64,000 nucleotides of DNA, taken from NCBI GenBank assembly GCA_018335585.1, contig JAGXRZ010000001.1, positions 6,281 through 70,280 of the forward strand, written 5' to 3'. Both the position numbers and the translations under genes were made by a program. Positions 20,527 through 29,248 of this stretch are shown piece after piece. Numbering within the stretch: position 1 is the stretch's first letter; every line of letters begins with the position of its first letter. The stretch is from Selenomonadales bacterium (GTDB lineage Bacteria; Bacillota; UBA994). The notes beneath the pieces were generated by a model. That model was not told where the DNA came from. It did no database searches and saw only the letters and a program-made list of their open reading frames with translations.

Positions 20527-21858
20527 TCACACCCGCAGGGTGATTGTGAACACGGCGCCGTGGTCGTTGGTTACCGTGATAGTGCCGCTGTGGCTAACGA
20601 CGATGGCCTTGACAATCGCTAATCCGAGCCCTGTCTGCCCGCCTTCGCCGCGACTAAAGCGCTCGAAAGCCTGCTCCCCTAGCGCGGGGTCTATGCCGGG
20701 GCCGTCATCACGCACAGTGATAGTCACCGCACTGCCTTTTACACCCGCGGAGAGCTCAATTCTTTGCCGCGCGTAGCGAGTAGCGTTGGCTATAAGGTTC
20801 GTCAGCGCGCGCACTAGCTTGTCGAAGTCTCCGGCGAGCACAATATCGGGCGGTTCGGTTACCAAAAGCTCGCGCCCTGCCTCAACCACAATGCCACGCG
20901 TCGATTCCTCGGCCGCGCCAAACAAGTCGCAGAGACGCACGTCTTCTTTTACTAACCGCTCCGGGCGCGAGGTAATGGTAGAAAGATAGATCATGTCGTT
21001 GACAAGCTTCTGCATCCTCACTGTTTCGCGCGCGATGACGTCTAGGCACTTGGCCGCTTCGTCTCCGCTGTAGATGCCGTCCTTTAGCGCCTCGGCATAC
21101 CCCTGAATGTTCATCAGGGGTGTTTTTAGTTCGTGGCTGGCGTTTTGCACAAACTCGCGCTGCGCCTCTTCGCCCGCCTGCAGCTGCAAGGCCATGGCAT
21201 AGAGCGCATGCGAAAGCTCGGCAATCTCGTCGTCCCCCGCCAGACGCGGGACAGCGCGGTAATTGCCGTTAGCTACTTGATGTGCAGCAGAGGCTAAGCT
21301 TTGCACCGGCTTTGAAATCTTGCCTGTCCAGAAGCTCCCAAGCAATGTCCCCGCCAACACAACCACAACAGAAATCGGAATAAATATGGACATAATGCCG
21401 GCCGTAATCGCCCGCAGTTCTCGTAGAGGTGCTACGGCCATCAGAAAACCGCGCGTACCCGGCAGTTCCGCCAAAGCGTAGACGTGCTCGTCGGTTTGCA
21501 GATGCCAGCGCTCTGCCCGCGTCATGCGTGCCAAGTCTTTAAGGGGCACGTTAACAAATGCCCCCACAGGAAAAGCCACACTGCTGCTGGCCAGAATGCG
21601 CCCCTGCAGCGACACCCACACCAGCTCAGCCCCCACCATGCGGTGCGCCGCCCGAAAGCGCATCACCCCATGCATGGGCATAGGCGCGTCAAGTGTGCCT
21701 GCCATTATGGTGGCGACGCGGTGGAGTTCAGTCTGCGCGCTCTGAATCAAGTAGCGCCGCAGCATGACGTTGGCGCTTAAGGCGAGCATCAGGCAAGCTA
21801 GCAGCGCAAACACCGTATTCGTCAGTGCGATTTTCTGCGCCAGGCTGAGTCTACGCAT
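20527..21858 (-). CDS. sensor histidine kinase (2 TM, HAMP, HisKA, HATPase_c)
   Basis: H-box ASHELKTPL, N-box LIANATRY, G-boxes DDGPGI and GLGLAIV. Confidence 0.85.
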   Translation of the reverse strand: MRRLSLAQKIALTNTVFALLACLMLALSANVMLRRYLIQSAQTELHRVATIMAGTLDAPMPMHGVMRFRAAHRMVGAELVWVSLQGRILASSSVAFPVGAFVNVPLKDLARMTRAERWHLQTDEHVYALAELPGTRGFLMAVAPLRELRAITAGIMSIFIPISVVVVLAGTLLGSFWTGKISKPVQSLASAAHQVANGNYRAVPRLAGDDEIAELSHALYAMALQLQAGEEAQREFVQNASHELKTPLMNIQGYAEALKDGIYSGDEAAKCLDVIARETVRMQKLVNDMIYLSTITSRPERLVKEDVRLCDLFGAAEESTRGIVVEAGRELLVTEPPDIVLAGDFDKLVRALTNLIANATRYARQRIELSAGVKGSAVTITVRDDGPGIDPALGEQAFERFSRGEGGQTGLGLAIVKAIVVSHSGTITVTNDHGAVFTITLRV

Positions 21859-22522
21859 TGACCCTATACCCGTAGCCCCACACGGTCGTCACTTCCACTG
21901 CCGAGACGCCGTCGAGCTTCTTGCGAATGCGCCGCACCAAGTCGTCGACGGAGCGGCTGTCTCCTACATACGAGTACCCCCACACCGCCGTCAGAAGCTG
22001 CTCCCGCGTAAAGGCGCGCCCCTTGTTCTCGATTAAGTACTTGAGGAGCTCAAACTCCTTGTTCGTTAATTCGAGGGTAACTCCGTCTACCCGCGCAACA
22101 CGGGCGGCAAGGTCAAGCGTGAGGTCAAGGTGCTGGGTCGTGCCCGGCTCCGAGCCTTGCTGTTCGATGCGCCGAAAAATAGCCTTTATGCGGGCCAAAA
22201 GCTCGCGCGGGCTAAACGGCTTTACAAGATAGTCGTCGCCGCCAAGCTCAATCCCCAAAATGCGGTCGAACTCTTCGCTGCGCGCCGAGACAAAAATGAT
22301 AGGGGTGGAATGCTTGGCGCGTATGCGTTTGCAGAGCTCGAGCCCGTCTATCCCGGGGAGCATGATGTCCAGCACGATTAAGTCTGCGCCGTGTTGCGCA
22401 ATCGCCTCTAGGACGCCTTCGCCACTGGCATGTGGAAAAACGCGGTACCCCTCATGCTCGAGGTACCGCATTAGGAGCTCGCGTACTCCCTGTTCGTCTT
22501 CAACCACGTGAATCTTGCGCAT
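21851..22522 (-). CDS. OmpR-family response regulator
   Basis: Receiver MRKIHVVEDE..DLIVLDIMLPGIDG plus winged-helix C-terminus (VWGYGYR). Start set to ATG 22522. Confidence 0.85.
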   Translation of the reverse strand: MRKIHVVEDEQGVRELLMRYLEHEGYRVFPHASGEGVLEAIAQHGADLIVLDIMLPGIDGLELCKRIRAKHSTPIIFVSARSEEFDRILGIELGGDDYLVKPFSPRELLARIKAIFRRIEQQGSEPGTTQHLDLTLDLAARVARVDGVTLELTNKEFELLKYLIENKGRAFTREQLLTAVWGYSYVGDSRSVDDLVRRIRKKLDGVSAVEVTTVWGYGYRVNA

Positions 22523-22693
22523 ATCTTGTACCACCTCGTGCGCGACGGTCTGTGGGCTGTGTGGGGCGCAGTTCATGAATTTGCATGAACACGCAAATTC
22601 ACTAGCACTTGGCACTTAGCACTTAGTAGAACGAGGGGGCCGCTGGCTCCTGGCTCCTGGTAGAGGGAGAGCACGCACGCTCTCCACAACGAC

Positions 22694-22745
22694 GTAGGGA
22701 CGTGCGTTTCGCACGTCCGCGGACGTGCCAGAGGCACGTCCCTAC
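22694..22745. repeat. 52-nt double-hairpin palindromic element (copy 2, inverted)
   Basis: gtagggacgtgcgtttcgcacgtccgcggacgtgccagaggcacgtccctac. Confidence 0.85.
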
Positions 22746-22798
22746 GCCCACTAGTCAAAGCCCTCCCGGCGGCCGGCGGCCGGCGCCTGGCGGCAGGT

Positions 22799-23482
22799 CT
22801 ATTGCCCTGCGTTCTGCTTGTTTTGCCTGCGCTGGCGCATTTGCCCGATGCGGCGCTGCGCGTTCTCACGGATAATGTCTAGCCCTTCGCCGGCTTCAAT
22901 GCGGGCGCGAATCTCTGCTGCGTTCGCGAGGACAGTCTCGGCATGCTTGATCATTCTTTCGGCTATCTGTGCGGCGTTCTTCTCGGTGGCGGCTAGGACG
23001 CGGGCCTGGCGCTCCTGCAGTGCGGCTAGGCGCTTCGCTGCTGCCTCTTGGTCGGTTGCGCTCTTAGCTCTTTCGGTAGCCTCGGCTAGTATACGTGCCT
23101 GAGCTGCCTTTAGGTCGGCCACAATTTTGGCGGGGAGGTTAGCCTTGTTGGCTAATGTCTCTTCTGCGCGAGCTACCATGGCATCGTGACGCTCTAGCAT
23201 GCGTGCCTTAAGCGCTTCCGGGTCAGTTTCGGCTAGTTCTTTGCACTTGGCAAAGCGTTCTTTAGCTTGGTCGGCAGCTTGGCCTACGCGCTTGCGTAAT
23301 TGGCCTGCTTGGGGAGGTGCATTTAGCCCAGCACGGATTTGGCCAAAGCCTAGACCCATGCCGTTTCCTGCGCCGGGGCGCGGCGCTTGGGGTTGTGGAG
23401 TGGCCGCTGCGGCTACTTGAGCTGCTAACGCCAGCACAACGACTAGTAGCAGTATTCTTTTCACTGACTTCACCTCTTTCAT
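22799..23482 (-). CDS. secreted Ala/Gln-rich helical protein, function unknown
   Basis: Signal peptide MKEVKSVKRILLLVVVLALAAQVAAA, then a long predicted helical region. Upstream of, and co-oriented with, the RR/HK pair. Confidence 0.5.
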   Translation of the reverse strand: MKEVKSVKRILLLVVVLALAAQVAAAATPQPQAPRPGAGNGMGLGFGQIRAGLNAPPQAGQLRKRVGQAADQAKERFAKCKELAETDPEALKARMLERHDAMVARAEETLANKANLPAKIVADLKAAQARILAEATERAKSATDQEAAAKRLAALQERQARVLAATEKNAAQIAERMIKHAETVLANAAEIRARIEAGEGLDIIRENAQRRIGQMRQRRQNKQNAGQ

Positions 23483-23583
23483 AGGATGGTTTTAGTATAT
23501 CCTGCATTTGCCGCGCATTGGAGCGGTAATTGTGAAAAAAGTGTAGGAATGAGTGTGGGAACGAGTGTGGGGCGTGTCGCTTG

Positions 23584-23645
23584 TGAAGCAAAAAGCTCCG
23601 TCCCTTTTGCTTCCGTCCGCGGACGTGCGGAACGCACGTCCCTAC
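23584..23645. repeat. REP-like hairpin fused to a half copy of the double-hairpin element
   Basis: tgaagcaaaaagctccgtcccttttgcttc, then gtccgcggacgtgcggaacgcacgtccctac. Confidence 0.8.
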
Positions 23646-23646
23646 A

Positions 23647-24612
23647 TCAACTACGCTTTAGGAAGGTTTTGCGTTCGAGGACGTGGGTGGCTTCTACCAG
23701 GCGGACGGTGCCAGTCTTAGAGCGCATGACAATCGAGTGCGTGGTGGCTTTAGGGCCGCTGTAGCGCACGCCGCGCAGGAGGTCGCCGTCGGTAATGCCG
23801 GTGGCGGCGAAAATTACGTCGGCGCTCTTGACTAAGTCGTTTTGCGTCAGCACGCCAGAAATATCTTTAAGGCCCATCGCGCGCGCACGCTCTACTTCTT
23901 GCTGACTGCCCGGCACGAGCCGCCCCTGCATCTCGCCGCCCAAACACTTAAGCGCCGCGGCCGCGAGCACACCCTCCGGTGCGCCGCCGATGCCTAACAG
24001 CACATCCACGCCGCTTTGTCCAAAAGCCGTAGCCACGGCCGGAGCCACGTCGCCGTCGCTAATTAGTTTAATGCGCGCCCCGGCTTCCCTTACCGCCCTG
24101 ATTATCGCGGCATGGCGCTCGCGGTCTAAAATAACGACAGTAAGGTCTTCTACTTTAACGCCTTTAGCCTGCGCTATACGTGCCAGATTATCGGCAATCG
24201 GCGCCTCTATATCTATGCAGCCCTTAGCTTCCGGCCCGACCGCAATCTTGTCCATATACATATCCGGCGCATGTAGGAGGCCTCCCTTTGGCGCAACGGC
24301 CAAAACGGAAATTGCGTTTGGCAGGCCCTTCGCCACCAAGCTTGTGCCTTCTAACGGGTCTACCGCAATATCTACCTCCGGAAATTGCGCACCGCCTACC
24401 TGCTCGCCGATATAGAGCATGGGCGCTTCGTCCATTTCGCCTTCGCCGATGACGACCGTGCCCTTAATCTGCACCGTGTCGAGCATAGCGCGCATGGCGT
24501 CTACCGCCGCTTTATCCGCAGCGTCCTTCATCCCGCGGCCCATTAAGCGGCCACTAGCGATAGCGGCAGCTTCGGTGACGCGGACGAATTCGAGAGCGAG
24601 TTCGCGTTCCAT
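23647..24612 (-). CDS. glpX: class II fructose-1,6-bisphosphatase
   Basis: [27 protein letters not shown].. N-terminus and [15 protein letters not shown] are typical GlpX. Start set to ATG 24612. Confidence 0.85.
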   Translation of the reverse strand: MERELALEFVRVTEAAAIASGRLMGRGMKDAADKAAVDAMRAMLDTVQIKGTVVIGEGEMDEAPMLYIGEQVGGAQFPEVDIAVDPLEGTSLVAKGLPNAISVLAVAPKGGLLHAPDMYMDKIAVGPEAKGCIDIEAPIADNLARIAQAKGVKVEDLTVVILDRERHAAIIRAVREAGARIKLISDGDVAPAVATAFGQSGVDVLLGIGGAPEGVLAAAALKCLGGEMQGRLVPGSQQEVERARAMGLKDISGVLTQNDLVKSADVIFAATGITDGDLLRGVRYSGPKATTHSIVMRSKTGTVRLVEATHVLERKTFLKRS

Positions 24613-24637
24613 GGGGGTTCCTCCTTGCTTGGTGGAT

Positions 24638-25170
24638 TCGCACTTAGCACTTCGCACTTTGCACTTAGGAGAGTTGGAGCTTGGCTATGCGCAAGTAGAA
24701 AGTACCTATGGGAGCGTGGCGTGCCGCGCTACTCTGATCTGGCGTTTAGTAGCTTCTATTAATCCGCTCAGCATCGCTCCTACGGTGTTGCACGTATCGC
24801 GGAGGCGTTCTGACTGTTCTCCGGTAAGAAACCCTAGGTCTTTGGACAGCGTTACGAGACTTCTTACTTCCATCAGTGAGCCCTTCGAAACGTACAGAAA
24901 CCGTAACAGCTCCGGCCTGCTGTGTCTTCCGTGCCCTTCAGCAATATTCGACATTACCGACACCGCTGCACGCCTAACCTGAGACGTTATACCGTACTGC
25001 TCTTTTAGTGGGAACGAGTCAGTGAGGCGGTACACATCTCCTGCTAATCTCCGCGCTTCCTGCCACACCTTAAGTTGCTCAAACCCCGCCATCTCACTGC
25101 TCCTTCCTAGCAAGGTCGTTCCAGCATCGCGTCGTCATATTCTTCTACGAAGTGCCAAGTGCCAAGTGCT
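24638..25170 (-). other. IVS-like cassette 1: four-helix-bundle gene bracketed by inverted GCACTTn heptamer arms
   Basis: Arm 24638-24669 (tcgcacttagcacttcgcactttgcacttagg) against arm 25148-25170 (cgaagtgccaagtgccaagtgct), which is its reverse complement apart from the 7th positions. Confidence 0.6.
24706..25092 (-). CDS. four-helix-bundle protein (23S rRNA intervening-sequence protein / Avd-like family), copy 1
   Basis: QVRRAAVSVMSNIAEGHGR..LRFLYVSKGSLMEV signature. ATG 25092 behind GGAAGGAG. Confidence 0.8.
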   Translation of the reverse strand: MAGFEQLKVWQEARRLAGDVYRLTDSFPLKEQYGITSQVRRAAVSVMSNIAEGHGRHSRPELLRFLYVSKGSLMEVRSLVTLSKDLGFLTGEQSERLRDTCNTVGAMLSGLIEATKRQIRVARHATLP

Positions 25171-25174
25171 ACCC

Positions 25175-25819
25175 CTACTTACCCACCTTGCGCCAATCGT
25201 CAAGGAACCTCTCAATCCCCGCATCGGTAAGCGGGTGCCTCGCCATCTGCTTGATAACGCTAGCGGGGACGGTGGCGATGTGGGCGCCGGCGAGGGCGGC
25301 TTCGTGCACGTGCTGCGGGTGGCGGATAGAGGCGGCAATAATCTCGGTTGTGATGTTGTGGATGGCAAAGATTTCGGCGATGTCGCGTACGACCTGCATG
25401 CCGGGGGTGGAGATGTCGTCTAAGCGCCCGACAAAAGGCGAGACGAAGCTTGCACCGGCACGGGCGGCGAGCAGGGCTTGATTGGCGGTAAAGATAAGCG
25501 TGACGTTTGTCTTGATCCCCTCCTGCGCTAAGGTGTGCACGGCTTCTAGCCCGGCTTCGGTCATGGGGATTTTCACTACTACGTTTGGGGCGAGCGCCGC
25601 GAGCTCCCGCGCTTCTCTAAGCATACCCTCTACGTCTAGGCTAATGGCTTCGGCGCTGACAGGGCCGGGGCAAAGGGCGCAAATCTCTTTGATGGTCGGG
25701 AAAAACTCGCGGCCTTCTTTGGCGATAAGCGTGGGGTTCGTGGTTATGCCGGCGATAACGCCGAGTTTAACAGAGCGGCGAATCTCGTCTATGTTAGCGG
25801 TGTCGAGAAAGAATTTCAT
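25175..25819 (-). CDS. fsa: fructose-6-phosphate aldolase / TalC-type transaldolase
   Basis: [13 protein letters not shown].., VVKIPMT (Schiff-base Lys), SPFVGRLDD. Start set to ATG 25819. Confidence 0.85.
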   Translation of the reverse strand: MKFFLDTANIDEIRRSVKLGVIAGITTNPTLIAKEGREFFPTIKEICALCPGPVSAEAISLDVEGMLREARELAALAPNVVVKIPMTEAGLEAVHTLAQEGIKTNVTLIFTANQALLAARAGASFVSPFVGRLDDISTPGMQVVRDIAEIFAIHNITTEIIAASIRHPQHVHEAALAGAHIATVPASVIKQMARHPLTDAGIERFLDDWRKVGK

Positions 25820-25844
25820 GCGGAGTCCTCCTTGTGTGAATGTG

Positions 25845-26015
25845 GCTTGTCGCTTGTCGCTTGTCACTTGTCCCTTGGGGAAATGCGTCGGTCGCTTGTC
25901 CCTTGGGGAAATGCGTCGGTCGCTTGTCGCTTGTCGCTTGTCCCTTGTGGATAGCGGAAAGCGGACAGCGTAAAGCCTCCTCTCTGCTGGTGGCTGGCGC
26001 CTGGCGGCCGGCGGC
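25845..26015. repeat. Composite heptamer arrays (CTTGTCG, AGCGGAn, CTGGCGG) plus a 28-nt direct duplication
   Basis: cttgtcgcttgtcgcttgtc.., then cttgtcccttggggaaatgcgtcggtcg repeated at 25867-25894 and 25895-25922, then gatagcggaaagcggacagcg and ggtggctggcgcctggcggccggcggc. Confidence 0.85.
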
Positions 26016-26672
26016 TTAAAAAGGCATCACCGCGACGTCGCTGACGACTAGATTGGCCCCGGTTGCCGCTACCACTGCTTCAATCGTGGTATCTGGTGCC
26101 ACTTCTTTAAGCACCAATCCCATCGGCGTAACCTCAATCACGGCCATCTCGGTGACGATTAAGTCTACCTGCTCCTTGGCCGTGAGGGGCAGCGTGCACA
26201 GCGGCAGAATTTTCGGTGCGCCCTTGGCCGTGTGCTCCATCGCCACAATTACTTTGCGCGCGCCAACGGTTAAATCCATCGCCCCACCCATGCCGGGCAC
26301 AATTTTGCCGGGCACCATCCAGTTGGCGAGGTTGCCGCGCTCGTCTACCTCAAGCGCGCCGAGCACCGTCACATCGACGTGCCCGCCGCGGATAATGGCA
26401 AACGACATGGCGCTGTCAAAGCAGGCTCCGCCCGGGACAATCGTCACCGGCTGCCCACCGGCGTTTGTGGTGTCGCGGTCCTCCGTCCCTACATCCGGAG
26501 CCTTCCCCAACCCCACAAACCCATTCTCCGACTGGAACAACACGTCTACCCCGGGGGGCAAGAAGTTAGCTACCATGGTCGGCATGCCAATCCCTAAGTT
26601 CACTACCATACCGTCTGAAAGTTCAAGGCCGACGCGGCGCGCGATGCGCTCGCGTTTGATGTCTTTGCTCAT
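26016..26672 (-). CDS. atoA: 3-oxoacid CoA-transferase subunit B
   Basis: [14 protein letters not shown].., [15 protein letters not shown] motifs. Start set to ATG 26672. Confidence 0.85.
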   Translation of the reverse strand: MSKDIKRERIARRVGLELSDGMVVNLGIGMPTMVANFLPPGVDVLFQSENGFVGLGKAPDVGTEDRDTTNAGGQPVTIVPGGACFDSAMSFAIIRGGHVDVTVLGALEVDERGNLANWMVPGKIVPGMGGAMDLTVGARKVIVAMEHTAKGAPKILPLCTLPLTAKEQVDLIVTEMAVIEVTPMGLVLKEVAPDTTIEAVVAATGANLVVSDVAVMPF

Positions 26673-26699
26673 GGACGTTCCTCCGTTTCGTGTGGGGAT

Positions 26700-26805
26700 G
26701 GTGGATTTCGCACTTTGCACTTGGCACTTAGCACTTAGTGGGCTCAAAGCTCAAAGCTCACGGCCCAAAGCTGGCGGCCGGTGGCTGGCGCCTGGCGGCT
26801 GGAAG
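26700..26805. repeat. Composite heptamer arrays (GCACTTn, GCTCAAA, CTGGCGG)
   Basis: tcgcactttgcacttggcacttagcacttag / ggctcaaagctcaaagctcacgg / ctggcggccggtggctggcgcctggcggctgg. Confidence 0.85.
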
Positions 26806-27462
26806 CTAACTCCCCGCTCGCACCACATACGTCACAAACAACCCCGGCGTCATTACTTCGTCGGGGTCGATAGCGCCGACGGGGACTATTTCTTCTGCTT
26901 CGGCGACAACAACCTTGGCCGCCATGGCCATCAGGGGGTTAAAGTTGCGCGCCGCGCGGCGGTAAACGAGGTTGCCCTTCTCGTCGGCCTTGTATGCTTT
27001 AATCAACGCAAAGTCGGCGTGAAGCGGCAGTTCGAGCAGGTACTCTTTGCCTTCTATCGTCAGTTTCTGCTTGCCTTCTTCTACTACGGTGCCTACCCCG
27101 GTGGGGGTGAGGACTCCGCCTAGACCCGCGCCTGCCGCGCGCACCTGCTCGGCGAGTGTACCCTGCGGCACAAGCACGACCTCGGTTTCGCCTGAGTGCA
27201 TCTGCCTGCCGGTCTCGGGGTTCGTGCCGATATGCGAGGCCATGGCCTTCTTTACGCGCTTGGCGACAATCAGCTTACCTATGCCCCGCTCAGGAAAGCC
27301 GGTGTCGTTGCCGATGACGGTTAAGTCTTTGCTGCCCTTCGCCAGCACCTCATCTACTAGCCCTTCCGGCGTCCCTACGCACAAGAAGCCGCCGATCATT
27401 ACTGACATGCCGTCCTGCAGCGAAGCGAGGGCATGTGAGGGTGATGTAACTTTACTCCTCAT
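26806..27462 (-). CDS. atoD: 3-oxoacid CoA-transferase subunit A
   Basis: [10 protein letters not shown] and the GIG/ETEV region are typical of CoA-transferase A subunits. Adjacent to subunit B. Confidence 0.85.
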   Translation of the reverse strand: MRSKVTSPSHALASLQDGMSVMIGGFLCVGTPEGLVDEVLAKGSKDLTVIGNDTGFPERGIGKLIVAKRVKKAMASHIGTNPETGRQMHSGETEVVLVPQGTLAEQVRAAGAGLGGVLTPTGVGTVVEEGKQKLTIEGKEYLLELPLHADFALIKAYKADEKGNLVYRRAARNFNPLMAMAAKVVVAEAEEIVPVGAIDPDEVMTPGLFVTYVVRAGS

Positions 27463-27892
27463 TTGTGACCATCCTCCTGTTGGATTTGCTGCCAGCCGCC
27501 AGCCGCCGGGCGCCAGCCCTAGGAACGACCGTCGGAGGCGAAGCTAACGCTTTAAGTAGTCCATTTAGCATTCTGGAGACCGTGCGCGCTTCCGCGTCAA
27601 GCCTACGATATTCCTGCTCGGGGAGCAAGCCGAGATCTTTAGCCAGCAATAGCAGGTACTCTAGTTCACCACAAGAAGCGCGAGATATGTAAAGAAACCT
27701 AGCGTAGTCTGCGTCGGATCCCCTGTTCTTCCCCTCCGCAATGTTGGTCGGCACGGACACAGCAGCGCGCCTTATCTGCGAGGTCAAGCCGTATAACTCG
27801 TCGCGCGGGAAGTTCGCTGTAATCTTGTAGGCGTCAAGAACAAATGCGTGCGCCTTCTGCCACACTAGTAGCGTTTCGTGTCCTCCCGTCAT
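27452..27892 (-). CDS. four-helix-bundle protein (23S rRNA IVS / Avd-like family), copy 2
   Basis: [37 protein letters not shown]. Its ATG overlaps the kce stop (ATGA). The C-terminal ~30 aa are read through a heptamer arm and overlap the atoD start by 11 nt. Confidence 0.8.
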   Translation of the reverse strand: MTGGHETLLVWQKAHAFVLDAYKITANFPRDELYGLTSQIRRAAVSVPTNIAEGKNRGSDADYARFLYISRASCGELEYLLLLAKDLGLLPEQEYRRLDAEARTVSRMLNGLLKALASPPTVVPRAGARRLAAGSKSNRRMVTNEE

Positions 27893-27930
27893 ACACTACT
27901 CCTGGAGGCTGGCGGCTGGCGCCTGGCGGC
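27488..27930 (-). other. IVS-like cassette 2: four-helix-bundle gene bracketed by inverted CTGGCGG-type arms
   Basis: Arm 27488-27519 (gctgccagccgccagccgccgggcgccagccc) against arm 27904-27930 (ggaggctggcggctggcgcctggcggc). Confidence 0.6.
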
Positions 27931-28737
27931 TATCCCAAGCATCTCCCTCGCCTCAGTTGGCGTCGCTATTTCGCGGCCGCACTCGCGGGCAATGCGCACT
28001 ATGCGCGCCACAAGTTCGGCGTTGCTCTTGGCGAGCACACCTTTTGAGTAATAGATGTTGTCCTCAAAGCCAACGCGCACGTGCCCGCCCAGGACAATGG
28101 CCATTACGGCTAGCGGCAGCTCGGCGCGCCCGATGCCGGCGACGGTCCAAGTGGCACCCGCAGGCAGGCTTTCCACCAAGTGCATTAGGTTCTTGGCCGT
28201 ACCGGGCATGGCACCGGGCACACCTAGCACCAAGTCAAAGTGGAGCGGTTCACTTAGCAGGCCTTTTTTAAGCAGAGCAAGTGCGTTTTGAATCATGCCT
28301 GTTTCAAGGACCTCGACCTCGGGTTTAACGCCGTGCTCCTGCAGCGCTTTTGCGATGCGCTCCATGTACTGCGGCGAGTTCATAAAGACATCGTCGCCAA
28401 AGTTGCAGGTGCCCGCGGTAAGCGTGGCCATCTCGGGCCTCAGGGTAATCGGCGCGATGCGCTCCTCGATTTTCGCCGTCACCGCCCCGCCGGTAGAGAG
28501 CTGCACGATTAGATCGCACTTCTCGCGCATCAGGCGCATCGTCTCGCGGAAAATCTCCGGGTCCTGTGAAGGCTTACCGTCTTTGTCGCGCACGTGAATA
28601 TGTGCTATTGACGCACCGGCTTGCCAAGAGCGATACGCCTCCTCGGCGATCTCCGCCGGAGTAAGGGGTAGGTATGGGGTTTGCGCGCGGGTAACTTCTG
28701 CGCCGACTAAAGCGGCGGTGATGATGAGTTTAGTCAT
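27889..28737 (-). CDS. kce: 3-keto-5-aminohexanoate cleavage enzyme (BKACE/DUF849 family)
   Basis: MTKLIITAALVGAEVTRAQTPYLPLTPAEIAEEA..ASIAHIHVRD is the DUF849 TIM-barrel N-terminus. Neighbours are kal and atoDA. Confidence 0.75.
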   Translation of the reverse strand: MTKLIITAALVGAEVTRAQTPYLPLTPAEIAEEAYRSWQAGASIAHIHVRDKDGKPSQDPEIFRETMRLMREKCDLIVQLSTGGAVTAKIEERIAPITLRPEMATLTAGTCNFGDDVFMNSPQYMERIAKALQEHGVKPEVEVLETGMIQNALALLKKGLLSEPLHFDLVLGVPGAMPGTAKNLMHLVESLPAGATWTVAGIGRAELPLAVMAIVLGGHVRVGFEDNIYYSKGVLAKSNAELVARIVRIARECGREIATPTEAREMLGIAARRQPPASRSSV

Positions 28738-29177
28738 GTGGGAAACCTCCTTCTGGGGCTTTCCGCTGTCCGCTTTCCGCTTAATTGGTTCGTGCGAACG
28801 CTGCGTTGCTCGCTCAGCGTCCTCCTAACAGCTGTATTCATCTTACTAATCATCGAGGCGATGTCATCTAGGTCACTTTCAATTTTGCGATACGTGTCGG
28901 GACCCCAATATCCCAAGTCCTTACTTAATAAGGTTAGGTAGCGCACCTCAAGCAAAGATGCCCTGGCAATAGCAAGGAACCGCAGGAACTCCAAGTCGCT
29001 TCCCCGTCCCTTCCCTTCACAGATGTTGGTTGGTATCGACACAGCCGCCCTTCGTATCTGACTCACAATCCCAAACTGCTCGGCCTTGGGGAAACTCTCG
29101 GTGGCTCTATATACCTGCATCACCAAACCATGCGCTCTAGACAAAACCTCGAGTCTGTTCATCAACTCAAAACCCAC
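28734..29177 (-). CDS. four-helix-bundle protein (23S rRNA IVS / Avd-like family), copy 3
   Basis: [37 protein letters not shown]. Its stop overlaps the kce ATG (ATGA). GTG 29177 behind AGGGGGA. Confidence 0.8.
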   Translation of the reverse strand: MGFELMNRLEVLSRAHGLVMQVYRATESFPKAEQFGIVSQIRRAAVSIPTNICEGKGRGSDLEFLRFLAIARASLLEVRYLTLLSKDLGYWGPDTYRKIESDLDDIASMISKMNTAVRRTLSEQRSVRTNQLSGKRTAESPRRRFPT

Positions 29178-29246
29178 GTGGTTTCCCCCTATTCATCCTA
29201 CAGCTCGGCACCCTCCAGATCAGCGGATAGCGGAAAGCGGATAGCC
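28757..29246 (-). other. IVS-like cassette 3: four-helix-bundle gene bracketed by inverted GCGGAnA arms
   Basis: Arm 28757-28783 (ggctttccgctgtccgctttccgctta) against arm 29221-29246 (cagcggatagcggaaagcggatagcc). Confidence 0.6.
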
Positions 29247-29248
29247 AC

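Noticed and set aside
24706-29177. Diversity-generating retroelement, because the 4HB proteins are Avd-like
   Set aside because: No reverse transcriptase gene and no template/variable repeat pair with adenine-specific differences is visible in the window.
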